Assembly (NCBI GenBank): GCA_046483495.1
Contig: JAWODC010000009.1
Span: 1-64,000, forward strand
Reading direction: 5' to 3'
DNA length: 64,000 bases
From: Desulfobacterales bacterium
Lineage (GTDB): Bacteria; Desulfobacterota; Desulfobacteria; Desulfobacterales; UBA5616
Below are positions 1 through 8,816 of the stretch, in pieces; position 1 is the stretch's first letter; each line of letters begins with the position of its first letter. The notes beneath the pieces are model-generated. The model ran no database searches. It had not been told where the DNA came from and was given only the letters and a program-made list of their open reading frames with translations. Both the position numbers and the translations under genes were made by a program.

Positions 1-156
1 AACATCAATTTCAAATCAGAGGAGGCCGTTCCACAGTTACGCACTCTCGATATCACACATTGCGGCTGATTGGCAAATGCTAAATTCGTTCCGTGGTGAA
101 TGGATGATCATGGCTTGATAAAGGTTTGGATTTGTGCGAAATAGGTTGGGAGATGG

Positions 157-248
157 GTGAACAGTGAACAGTGAACAGTGAACGGTGAACAGTGTGAAAA
201 AACGGGTTATGGGCTATAGCCCATAACCCATAACCCTTAACCCGTTTT
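157..248. repeat. Composite intergenic repeat: (GTGAAC[A/G])x5, then inverted GGGTTAT/ATAACCC arms
   Basis: GTGAACA-type units at 157-191. Perfect 26-bp palindrome GGGTTATGGGCTA|TAGCCCATAACCC at 204-229. AAAACGGGTTA (199-209) is complementary to TAACCCGTTTT (238-248). Confidence 0.95.
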
Positions 249-263
249 CCCCGGGGAGCCAAC

Positions 264-2954
264 GTGAAAAACCCGGAAATAACCGAAAAAATCACCCTCA
301 TCACGACCCACATCAACGCGGATTTCGACGCTGCGGCATCCCTGCTGGCTGCGCAGAAACTGTACCCGGGGGCAGTGGTGATCTTCCCGGGCTCCCAGGA
401 AAAAAACATACGCAATTTCTTCATCGACTCCATGGGATACCTGTTCAACCGGGGCGATATCGATGACATCGACATGAACCGGATCGACCGGCTGGTCCTG
501 GTGGACACCCGTCAGCCCGGCCGAATAGGAGAAGTGGCATCCCTGCTGGACAGGTCGGATATCGAAATACATATTTACGATCACCACCCGCATATGGAAA
601 ATGACATCAAGGGCGACCTGGATGTCTACCGGCCCACGGGCGCGACGGTGACCATTCTGACCGATATTATCAGGGAAAAAGGCATCGATATATCCGCGGA
701 CGAGGCGACGGTCATGTGTCTCGGGCTGTACGAGGACACGGGCTCATTCACCTTTTCCTCGACGACGGAGCAGGACTTTTTGGCGGCGGCGCATCTCGTG
801 GCCAAGGGAGCCGACCTGAACGTGGTGTCGGACATGATTTCACGGGATTTCAGCCATGAGCAGATCAACATATTGAATGACATGATCCAATCCGCCGCCC
901 GCTACATTATCAACGGCATCGAATTGATGGTGACCACGATCACCTCCGACACGTATATCCCCGATTTCGCGTTTCTCGTGCACAAGATGGTCAAGATGGA
1001 AAACATCGATGCTCTTTTCGCCGTCGCCCAGATGGGGAACAAGATCTACCTGGTCGCCCGAAGCCGAACGCCGGATGTCGATGTGCTTGAGATTCTCAGC
1101 GAGTTCGGCGGCGGGGGGCACGCCTATGCTTCGGCGGCCTCGGTTAAGAATCAGACCCTGGCTCAAACGGAGAACCGGCTGTTGGACATGCTGTACAAAA
1201 AAGTTTCCCCAAAGCGGCAGGCGAAAGACCTCATGTCCTCCCCCCCGATTACGGTCGACGCCCGGATCTCCTGCAGAGAGGCGGCGGATATTCTAACCCG
1301 CTACAACATCAATGCGCTGATCGTCTTGAAGTCGGAAGACGGGAAAAAGGCGCCTGCCGGCTACATCACCCGGCAGGTTATCGAAAAGGCCCTCTTTCAC
1401 GGTTTGAAGGAAGTGCCTGTGCAGGACTACATGTCCAGTGAATTGGCCACCGTGGGGCCTTCGGCGGGGCTTGCCGAGATTCAGGAGAAGATCATCGAAA
1501 ACAAGCAGCGCATTCTTCCGGTGATCGACCGAAACGACATACTGGGGGTTATCACCCGCACCGACCTGTTGAATATCCTGGTCCGGCAGACCCGGAAAGA
1601 AGCTTCCGGACGCCTCAAGGACCCGTACCGGGAATCCGTGAGCGCACGCAAGCGAAATATCCTTAAATTCATGAAGGAAAGACTGCCGGACCGCATCATC
1701 CAGGTGCTGAAAAGCATTGGTGAAACGGCAAAGGAAAACGGCATGAGCGCCTATGTCGTCGGCGGATTTGTCCGGGACCTGTTTCTTTACCGGAAAAATG
1801 AGGATATCGACATCGTCATCGAAGGCGACGGCATCCTGTTTTCGAGGAAATACGGCAAAATTTACGGGGCAAGGGTCCACGCGCATGAAAAGTTCGGCAC
1901 CGCCGTTATCGTATTCAATGACGGCTTCAAGATCGATGTGGCTTCCGCCCGAATGGAGTACTACCAGTTTCCGGCGGCATTGCCCACCGTTGAAATGGGC
2001 TCCATCAAACTCGATTTATTCAGGCGCGATTTCACGATCAATACGCTGGCCATTCGGTTGGACCCCGGACAATTCGGCATGCTCATCGATTTCTTTTCCG
2101 CTCATCGGGATATCAAGGACAAGGTGATCCGCGTTCTGCACAATTTGAGCTTCGTTGAAGACCCCACGCGGGTTTTTCGGGCCATCCGGTTCGAGCAGCG
2201 GTTCGGATTCACCATCGGTAAGCTGACGGCGGGACTGATCGAAAATGCCGTAAAAATGGATTTCTTCAAACAATTGAGCGGCAGGCGGGTTTTCACGGAG
2301 ATCAAACTGATTCTCCAGGAAGAAAATCCTGTCCCGGCGCTGGTTCGGCTGAACGATTACGACCTGTTCAACTTTATTCACCCGGCCATTACACCGGACA
2401 AGGAAACGTTCGAGAAGCTGGATTCCGCCAAAAAGGTGCTGTCATGGTTTGATTTGCTTTTTCTCGAAGAATCATATATGAAGTGGGCCGTTTATTTTTT
2501 GGTTCTCTTGCGGGAATGCGATAAACAAACGACGGAGGCCATATGCGAACGGCTCGAGCTGTCGCCGAAAAACCGGACCTTTTTCGTAAAGGAGCGGCTT
2601 GAAGCCGATGCCTGCCTGGGCTGGTTTCAGCGGCAGTCCGATGTGGAGAACAGTGAGATTTACAAAATGCTGTCGGGTTTTCGGACCGAGCACACCCTGT
2701 ACATGATGGCGCTGGCGGAGAAAGAATCGATAAAGCGGTCGATTTCCCACTACTTTACCCATCTGCGGTTTATCAGGCCGCTGATCAAAGGCGAGGACTT
2801 AATGCGTTTGGGGTATAAACCGGGGCCGATTTACAGGGAGATCCTCACCGCTATTCTCAACGAGAAGTTGAATGGGCGGCTTAAGACGAAGGTCGAGGAA
2901 TTGTCTTTCGCCGCTCGGGTTGGGAAGGCGTTGGTTGAAGATGGTGAAGCGTAA
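264..2954 (+). CDS. tRNA nucleotidyltransferase (CCA- or A-adding) with N-terminal DHH/DHHA1 and CBS domains
   Basis: DHH motifs THINADFD, YDHH and GGGGH; CBS pair; class II NTase motifs VGGFVRD, DIDI, RRDFTIN and EDPTR. GTG start with GGGAG RBS. Confidence 0.9.
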   Translation: MKNPEITEKITLITTHINADFDAAASLLAAQKLYPGAVVIFPGSQEKNIRNFFIDSMGYLFNRGDIDDIDMNRIDRLVLVDTRQPGRIGEVASLLDRSDIEIHIYDHHPHMENDIKGDLDVYRPTGATVTILTDIIREKGIDISADEATVMCLGLYEDTGSFTFSSTTEQDFLAAAHLVAKGADLNVVSDMISRDFSHEQINILNDMIQSAARYIINGIELMVTTITSDTYIPDFAFLVHKMVKMENIDALFAVAQMGNKIYLVARSRTPDVDVLEILSEFGGGGHAYASAASVKNQTLAQTENRLLDMLYKKVSPKRQAKDLMSSPPITVDARISCREAADILTRYNINALIVLKSEDGKKAPAGYITRQVIEKALFHGLKEVPVQDYMSSELATVGPSAGLAEIQEKIIENKQRILPVIDRNDILGVITRTDLLNILVRQTRKEASGRLKDPYRESVSARKRNILKFMKERLPDRIIQVLKSIGETAKENGMSAYVVGGFVRDLFLYRKNEDIDIVIEGDGILFSRKYGKIYGARVHAHEKFGTAVIVFNDGFKIDVASARMEYYQFPAALPTVEMGSIKLDLFRRDFTINTLAIRLDPGQFGMLIDFFSAHRDIKDKVIRVLHNLSFVEDPTRVFRAIRFEQRFGFTIGKLTAGLIENAVKMDFFKQLSGRRVFTEIKLILQEENPVPALVRLNDYDLFNFIHPAITPDKETFEKLDSAKKVLSWFDLLFLEESYMKWAVYFLVLLRECDKQTTEAICERLELSPKNRTFFVKERLEADACLGWFQRQSDVENSEIYKMLSGFRTEHTLYMMALAEKESIKRSISHYFTHLRFIRPLIKGEDLMRLGYKPGPIYREILTAILNEKLNGRLKTKVEELSFAARVGKALVEDGEA

Positions 2955-2988
2955 AAAACAGGTTATGGGGGTTTAACGCTCAGGGATC

Positions 2989-3165
2989 AATTCAAAATTC
3001 AACATTCAACATTCAAAGCGGGGCGGCGTATCGGATAGGCGGATCATTGCTCCTGAACAGTACGATGATCCGAGGATGATTGTAAAAACCACGAAGAGCA
3101 CGAAGGACACGAAGATTTTTTAAAAACATTTTTTTTTCTTCGTGCTCTTCGTGCTTCGTGGTGAA
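2989..3165 (+). repeat. Element A copy 1: TTCAA(A/C)A heptamers, conserved core and CACGAAG/CTTCGTG hairpin
   Basis: Collinear with the reverse complement of 20477-20664. Core GCGGGGCGGCGTATCGGATAGGCGGATCATTGCTCCT; inverted ACCACGAAG...CTTCGTGGT at 3088-3162. Confidence 0.9.
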
Positions 3166-3219
3166 GTAAAAATATAACCTAATCCGGACCGTTCACTGTT
3201 CGAATTCACGGAGTAATCG

Positions 3220-4203
3220 ATGACGAAAAAAAGGATCCTGAGCGGCATGAGGCCCACGGGGCCCCTGCACCTGGGAAATTATCACGGCGCTCTTGCCAAT
3301 TGGGTGAAAATGCAGGACGAGTACGAATGTTTTTTCTTTATCGCCGATTGGCATGCGCTGACCAGCGACTATGAAAACCCCTCGGCGATTTCCGAAAACG
3401 TGCGTCAGATGATGATCGACTGGCTCAGCGCCGGGCTCACGCCGGAAAAAAGCACGCTCTTCGTGCAGTCCCGGATCAAGGAGCATGCCGAGCTGTTTCT
3501 GATCCTGGCCATGATCACGCCGGTGCCGTGGCTGGAGCGAAATCCCACCTACAAGGACCAGATTGTACAGATGAGCAACAAGGACCTGTCCACGTTCGGG
3601 TTTTTGGGATACCCCGTGCTCCAGGCGGCCGATATCATCATGTACATGGCCGACGCGGTTCCCGTGGGCGTGGATCAGGTGCCGCATGTCGAAATCACCC
3701 GTGAAATTGCGCGCCGCTTCAACCATCTTTACGGCAAACTGTTTCCCGAGCCCATGTCGGTCCTGACCGAAACCCCGAAAATACTGGGGCTGGACCGGCG
3801 GAAAATGAGCAAGAGCTACGACAATGCCATTTACCTGGCCGACAGTCCTGCCGAGATCCGGTCCAAAGCGGCCCGAATGATAACCGATCCGAACCGGGCG
3901 CGGAAAAGTGATCCCGGAGATCCTGAAATCTGCAATGTTTTCGAGTTCCACAAGCTGTACAGCGATCCTGAAACGGTCTCCGAAATTGAGCGGGATTGCC
4001 GGCGGGCCGCTGTCGGGTGCGTGGCGTGCAAGAAGCGGATGGCCGAGAATCTCGTCGCCGCCCTTGAGCCGATCCAAAGCCGGCGGCGGTATTATGAAGA
4101 AAACGATGCGTTGATCCGGGAGATTATGGAAGAGGGGTGCCGGAAGGCCCGGAGCCTCGCTCGACAGACTATGGCGGCGGTTCGGGGGGCTGTGGGGATG
4201 TGA
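3220..4203 (+). CDS. trpS: Tryptophan--tRNA ligase
   Basis: SGMRPTG, HLGN (HIGH-type), YPVLQAADI, GVDQ and KMSKS motifs. Confidence 0.97.
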   Translation: MTKKRILSGMRPTGPLHLGNYHGALANWVKMQDEYECFFFIADWHALTSDYENPSAISENVRQMMIDWLSAGLTPEKSTLFVQSRIKEHAELFLILAMITPVPWLERNPTYKDQIVQMSNKDLSTFGFLGYPVLQAADIIMYMADAVPVGVDQVPHVEITREIARRFNHLYGKLFPEPMSVLTETPKILGLDRRKMSKSYDNAIYLADSPAEIRSKAARMITDPNRARKSDPGDPEICNVFEFHKLYSDPETVSEIERDCRRAAVGCVACKKRMAENLVAALEPIQSRRRYYEENDALIREIMEEGCRKARSLARQTMAAVRGAVGM

Positions 4204-4211
4204 AAAAAAAC

Positions 4212-4280
4212 GGGTTATGGGTTATAGGTCATAGGTCATAGGTCATAGGTTATGGGTCACAGGTTATGGGTTATGGGTGA
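4212..4280. repeat. About 10 tandem G-rich heptamers (RGGTYAY)
   Basis: gggttat gggttat aggtcat x3 aggttat gggtcac aggttat gggttat gggtga, starting 8 bp after the trpS stop. Confidence 0.95.
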
Positions 4281-4460
4281 GGATCGGTTCTGATTTAAAA
4301 TAAACAGTCATGAAATTAAACCAGCCGTGAGCGAAGCGAACGGCACTTTTGTTGACTTGTTGAAAATTAAACCTCTACGATTAGTGGATGCGCGGCGCAG
4401 CAACTCCCCTTCACCCCTGGAGGGGGAAGGCCGGGATGGGGGGGAATAAAGTCCCGATCC
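4281..4460 (+). mobile_element. MITE-like element B, internally deleted copy
   Basis: Ends GGATCGG...CCGATCC. Contains CCGTGAGCGAAGCGAACGG and the CCTTCACCCCTGGAGGGGGAAGGCCGGGATGGGG motif shared with 39416-39728 and 45817-45966. No transposase, so mobility is inferred. Confidence 0.65.
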
Positions 4461-4502
4461 GCCGACGATTTGCAATTTTGACAGGAGAATCAGGAGTACA
4501 GC

Positions 4503-4952
4503 GTGGAAACACCGATAGACATCACCCGGATCATGGCCTATTTGCCTCACCGGTATCCCTTTCTGCTGGTCGATCGTATAACTGAAATCGTCCCGGGCGA
4601 AAAGGTCGTTGCCCTGAAGAATGTCACTATCAATGAGCCGTTCTTCCAGGGCCATTTTCCGGGGGTTCCGGTGATGCCGGGGGTGCTGATCGTCGAGGCC
4701 ATGTGCCAGGCGGGTGCGGTCCTGGCCTATGCCGGCAACCCGCAGGAGGACCCCGGCTCCCACATCATCTATTTGACGGGACTGGACAAGGTTCGGTTTA
4801 GAAAACCGGTGGTTCCGGGTGATCAGCTGGTCATGGAAGTGGTTCAGGTAAAGCAGCGGGCCAAGGTTATCAAAATGTCGGGAACGGCGTATGTGAACCG
4901 GGAGCGTGTGGCGGAAGCGGATCTGATGGCTACGGTCGGGGTCGAAGAATAA
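4503..4952 (+). CDS. fabZ: 3-hydroxyacyl-ACP dehydratase
   Basis: [11 protein letters not shown] and [18 protein letters not shown] motifs; GTG start with AGGAG RBS. Confidence 0.97.
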   Translation: METPIDITRIMAYLPHRYPFLLVDRITEIVPGEKVVALKNVTINEPFFQGHFPGVPVMPGVLIVEAMCQAGAVLAYAGNPQEDPGSHIIYLTGLDKVRFRKPVVPGDQLVMEVVQVKQRAKVIKMSGTAYVNRERVAEADLMATVGVEE

Positions 4953-4962
4953 TACATCCGGG

Positions 4963-5201
4963 AAGCTGAAGGCTGGAAGCACGAAATCCGAAAATGGAAA
5001 TTCGAAACAAACATTCAAAATTCAAAATTCAAAATTCAAAATTCAAAATGGGGCTTCATATCGATATCGGCATAGTTGCTCCCATACAACACGATGAACG
5101 AGGGTCATTTTAAAAACCACGCGAATTTACAATGTTTCGCAAATGCCAAAAATGATGAATAAAAAAGGAACGGATCACCCTTCACGATTTACGATTCACG
5201 A
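4963..5201 (+). repeat. Element A copy 2, with GCTGAAG units, (TTCAAAA)x5 and a TTYACGA x3 tail
   Basis: TTCAAAA x5 at 5014-5048; diverged core to about 5121; ttcacga tttacga ttcacga at 5181-5201, just before the lpxA RBS. Confidence 0.9.
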
Positions 5202-5218
5202 TAATCAGGAGTCGACGA

Positions 5219-5989
5219 ATGATACACCCGACGGCAATCATCGACAAGCAAGCGCAAATAGGAAACAACGTGGAAATCGGTCCCTATACCATTGTCCGGG
5301 ATAATGTCGTCATCGGCGACAATTCGGTCATCGGGCCTCATGTAGTCATCGAGCGAAACGTCTCTATCGGGTCATGGTGCCGGATTTTTCAGTTTGCATC
5401 CGTGGGTGCGATTCCCCAGGATTTGAAATACAGGGGAGAGGAGACCTACGTAACCATCGGCGACCACACGGTGGTCCGGGAATTCGTCACCATCAACCGG
5501 GGCACCGAGTTGGGCGGCGGCAGGACGGAAATCGGCGACAGTTGTCTCTTGATGGCGTATTGCCACATCGCCCATGACTGCCGCATCGGCAAGCTGGGAA
5601 TCCTGGCGAACTGCGCCACACTGGCCGGGCATGTCACGCTGGGCGATTACGTCAGTATCGGTGGGTTGACGGCCGTCCATCAATTCGTCACTATCGGCAA
5701 TTACGCATATATCGGCGGTGCGTCGGCCGTGGTCAAAGATATCCCTCCGTACGTACTGGCCGCCGGAGACCGCGCCCGGCTTCAGGGGCTGAATAAAGTC
5801 GGGCTCAAGCGGCATGGGTTTTCGGATGAGGTGATCGGGCCGATCAAAAAAGCGTACCGGATTATTTTTCGCCTCGGTCTGACGCGGAAGGAGGCTGTCG
5901 AAAGGGTCAAGGCCGAAGTGGAGCAAACGCCCGAGGTGGGGTATTTGCTCGATTTTGTCAGGGGTTCCGAACGGGGGATTACGAGGTGA
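5219..5989 (+). CDS. lpxA: UDP-N-acetylglucosamine O-acyltransferase
   Basis: MIHPTAII start, hexapeptide repeats, PQDLKY, HIAHDC and GLN.VGLKR. Confidence 0.97.
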   Translation: MIHPTAIIDKQAQIGNNVEIGPYTIVRDNVVIGDNSVIGPHVVIERNVSIGSWCRIFQFASVGAIPQDLKYRGEETYVTIGDHTVVREFVTINRGTELGGGRTEIGDSCLLMAYCHIAHDCRIGKLGILANCATLAGHVTLGDYVSIGGLTAVHQFVTIGNYAYIGGASAVVKDIPPYVLAAGDRARLQGLNKVGLKRHGFSDEVIGPIKKAYRIIFRLGLTRKEAVERVKAEVEQTPEVGYLLDFVRGSERGITR

Positions 5990-5997
5990 AATAACGG

Positions 5998-6191
5998 GTG
6001 AACGGTGAACAGTGACGCTTCTTGGGCTGAAGGTCTTGAACAAAGGAGAAAACACGAAATTCGAAGCACTAAACAAATTCGAAATTCAAAATTCAAAATT
6101 CAAAACGGGGCGCCGTATCGGAATAGGCGGATAACTGCTCCTAAATAACCCATAACCTATAACCCATAACCCATAGCCCATAGCCCATAGC
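5998..6191 (+). repeat. GTGAAC units, element A copy 3 (6051-6146) and (ATARCCY)x7
   Basis: GTGAACG GTGAACA after the lpxA stop; TTCAAAA x3 plus core CGGGGCGCCGTATCGGAATAGGCGG; C-rich heptamers at 6145-6191 before the lpxI start. Confidence 0.9.
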
Positions 6192-6198
6192 ATTTTTT

Positions 6199-7011
6199 AT
6201 GAAACCCATAGGCATCATAGCGGGGAACGGCCGGTTACCCAAACTTTTTGCGAAAAAGGCCAAATCGAACGGCTTTTCGGTGCATGTCGCGGCGATCAAA
6301 GGCGAGGCCGATCCCGAAATCGAAATGCAGGCCGACTCGACGGCCTGGCTGGCGCTCGGCCGGTTCGAGAAAATGGTTGCCTATTTCAAGGCGCACCGGG
6401 TCGAAAACGCCGTCATGCTGGGGGGTGTGGACAAGACGAAGATTTTTTCACGCGTGGAGCCGGATGCCAGGACGATTTCCATTTTGGCCGATATGGGCCA
6501 CACGCATGACGATGCCCTGTTGAGAGCCTTTGCGGATGCATTAGCCGCGGATGGGATCGAGGTTCTGCCGTCCACACTGCTTCTGCCGGAGCTGCTCGCC
6601 GAGAAAGGGTGCTGGACCGTGCGCGAACCGACAGCGGGAGAATACGCCGACATCGAGATCGGCTTTCGGGCCGCCAAGAAAATCGGCGAACTGGACATCG
6701 GCCAGAGCGTAGTGGTCGCCGGCGGGTCCGTGTTGGCGGTCGAGGCTGTGGACGGCACCGATGCCACCATTTTAAGGGGCGGGAAACTGGCTGACGGCCC
6801 CTGTGTTGTCGTGAAAGTCAGCAAGCCCGGCCAGGACTTGCGCTTCGATGTGCCCGCGGTGGGTTGCGAAACGATTCGGGTCATGGCACGGGCAGGCGCC
6901 TCCGTACTGGCCGTCGAAGCCGGTCGGGCGCTGGTGTTCGACAAAAAGGAAATGGTCGGCCTGGCCGATGCCGCCGGCATTGCCGTCGTGGCGGTTACGG
7001 GAGGATCATGA
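6199..7011 (+). CDS. lpxI: UDP-2,3-diacylglucosamine diphosphatase
   Basis: IIAGNG.LP, LDIGQ, AVEAVDGTD and KPGQDLRFDVP motifs; sits between lpxA and lpxB. Confidence 0.93.
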   Translation: MKPIGIIAGNGRLPKLFAKKAKSNGFSVHVAAIKGEADPEIEMQADSTAWLALGRFEKMVAYFKAHRVENAVMLGGVDKTKIFSRVEPDARTISILADMGHTHDDALLRAFADALAADGIEVLPSTLLLPELLAEKGCWTVREPTAGEYADIEIGFRAAKKIGELDIGQSVVVAGGSVLAVEAVDGTDATILRGGKLADGPCVVVKVSKPGQDLRFDVPAVGCETIRVMARAGASVLAVEAGRALVFDKKEMVGLADAAGIAVVAVTGGS

Positions 7012-8141
7012 CGGAAGCATCGATGATGATCATAACCGGAGAGGCATCGGGTGATCTGCACGGTGCGAACCTGGTAAAAGCGGTTCACCGCATCGATCCG
7101 GGTGTTGTTTTTTTCGGGATCGGCGGAGCCGGGCTGAAGGAGGCGGGGGCGGACCTGTTCTGTGATATCCGCGTCCTTTCCGTAATGGGTCTGACGGAGG
7201 TTTTGCCCAAGGCCGCCGCTCTGGTCCGTGCGCTTTCTGCAGCCAAACGGGTCCTGCGCACGCGGCGGCCGGATGTGCTGATTCTCATCGATTTTCCGGA
7301 TTTCAACCTGAACCTGGCGAAGACCGCCAAGCGTTTGAACATTCCCGTTTTATATTATATCAGTCCCAAAGTGTGGGCGTGGCGTTCAGGACGCGTCGAA
7401 AAAATCAGGTCCCGGGTGGACCGGCTGGCGATTATCCTGCCGTTCGAAGAGCGGTTCTATAAAGCGCATGATGTCGCGGCCGACTATGTCGGGCACCCGC
7501 TGCTGGACACGGCATCGGCGGATGGGCCGTTTTACGGCGATGCGGAGAATCCCGGCCGGAAAAAGGTCATCGGCCTTTTGCCGGGGTCGCGGGAAAAGGA
7601 AGTAACCGCAATCCTGCCCGTGATGATGGCGGCCGCATGCCGTCTTTCATCCCTGGACCGGGAGCTTACGTTTCTCGTTTCGAAAGCGCCGAGCATGGAC
7701 CCGGTGCTGATCGAAAGGATCATTGCGCCTTATCGATCCACGGTTCAATGCGACGTCACGGACCGGGAAGCGGCGGAGATATTCTCGGCATGTGGATTCC
7801 TGATGGCGGCATCCGGAACGGTTACCCTGGAGGCGGCCATTGCCGGGGTCCCGATGGTGGTGCTGTACAAAATGTCCCGGTTGAGCTATGGATTGGCAAG
7901 ACGGCTCGTTCGACTGGAGCATGCCTGCCTGGTCAACCTCATTGCCGAAAAGGAGGTGGTGCCCGAGCTTTTGCAGCATGACGCCGAGCCGAAAACGGTT
8001 GCACAGACGGTGTGGCAACTGTTAAAAGATCCCGGTGCGCTGGAGGCGATGACCGTCGAACTGAAAGCCGTCAGGAAAAAGATAGGCAGCCCGGGCGCAT
8101 CCGAACGTGTGGCCCGAATGGCAATGGACATGGTGAGATGA
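7008..8141 (+). CDS. lpxB: Lipid-A-disaccharide synthase
   Basis: GEASGD, IDFPDFN, SPKVWAWR, LLPGSR and SGTVTLE. Start trimmed to the ATGA overlap at 7008. Confidence 0.96.
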   Translation: MTEASMMIITGEASGDLHGANLVKAVHRIDPGVVFFGIGGAGLKEAGADLFCDIRVLSVMGLTEVLPKAAALVRALSAAKRVLRTRRPDVLILIDFPDFNLNLAKTAKRLNIPVLYYISPKVWAWRSGRVEKIRSRVDRLAIILPFEERFYKAHDVAADYVGHPLLDTASADGPFYGDAENPGRKKVIGLLPGSREKEVTAILPVMMAAACRLSSLDRELTFLVSKAPSMDPVLIERIIAPYRSTVQCDVTDREAAEIFSACGFLMAASGTVTLEAAIAGVPMVVLYKMSRLSYGLARRLVRLEHACLVNLIAEKEVVPELLQHDAEPKTVAQTVWQLLKDPGALEAMTVELKAVRKKIGSPGASERVARMAMDMVR

Positions 8142-8815
8142 AAACGTCCGGTTCATATCTCCAGGATGCGAAATACAATGCGTTCGGTGTCCTGGGCAAG
8201 CTGTTCATCGATGGGCTGTTCTCGACCGCCGCCATCGAAGTCGAAGGATGGGAGGATGTGGAACAGCATTTCGAGGCGGGGCGTTTTTTGCTCGCTTTCT
8301 GGCACTCGCGGCTGCTGCTGCCCAGCTATGTGCATAAACGGCTGGGCGTCGTGGTGCTGGTGAGCCAATCCAGGGACGGTGAAATCATTTCGCGGATTTT
8401 GCACCATCAGGGCCAGAAAACGGTTCGGGGGTCGTCCACCCGCGGCGGCCTTCGCGCCTTGGCCGGCATGATCAGAACAATGAAGGAGGCGGGTGCTTCG
8501 GGTGCGGTCACCCCGGACGGGCCCCAAGGCCCCCGGTTCAGGGTGAAGCCCGGCGTCATGATGGTGGCCAGGAAGACGGGGTATCCCATCATCCCGATAA
8601 GCTACAGCGCCGATAAAGTGAAGCTGTTTGCCAGCTGGGACCGGTTCATGCTGCCGTACCCGTTTTCCACCTGCCGGCTGGTATACGGACGGCCGATGTA
8701 CGTGCCGCGGAAGGCCGGCGCGGCTGAAGAGGAAGTCCGGCGCATTCAGCTGGAGGAAGAGCTTAACCGGATCACCCGCAAGGTGGACCGGTATTTTCAT
8801 CACGAGATCGTATGA
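8138..8815 (+). CDS. Lysophospholipid acyltransferase family protein (DUF374-like)
   Basis: FWH, S.SRDGE, VRGSS.RGG, TPDGP.GP and SWDRF..P.PF. Start at the ATGA overlap with lpxB. Confidence 0.85.
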   Translation: MKTSGSYLQDAKYNAFGVLGKLFIDGLFSTAAIEVEGWEDVEQHFEAGRFLLAFWHSRLLLPSYVHKRLGVVVLVSQSRDGEIISRILHHQGQKTVRGSSTRGGLRALAGMIRTMKEAGASGAVTPDGPQGPRFRVKPGVMMVARKTGYPIIPISYSADKVKLFASWDRFMLPYPFSTCRLVYGRPMYVPRKAGAAEEEVRRIQLEEELNRITRKVDRYFHHEIV

Positions 8816-8816
8816 C

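Noticed and set aside
1..120. Possible 3' end of an upstream gene
   Set aside because: Several short frames are open and none is recognisable.
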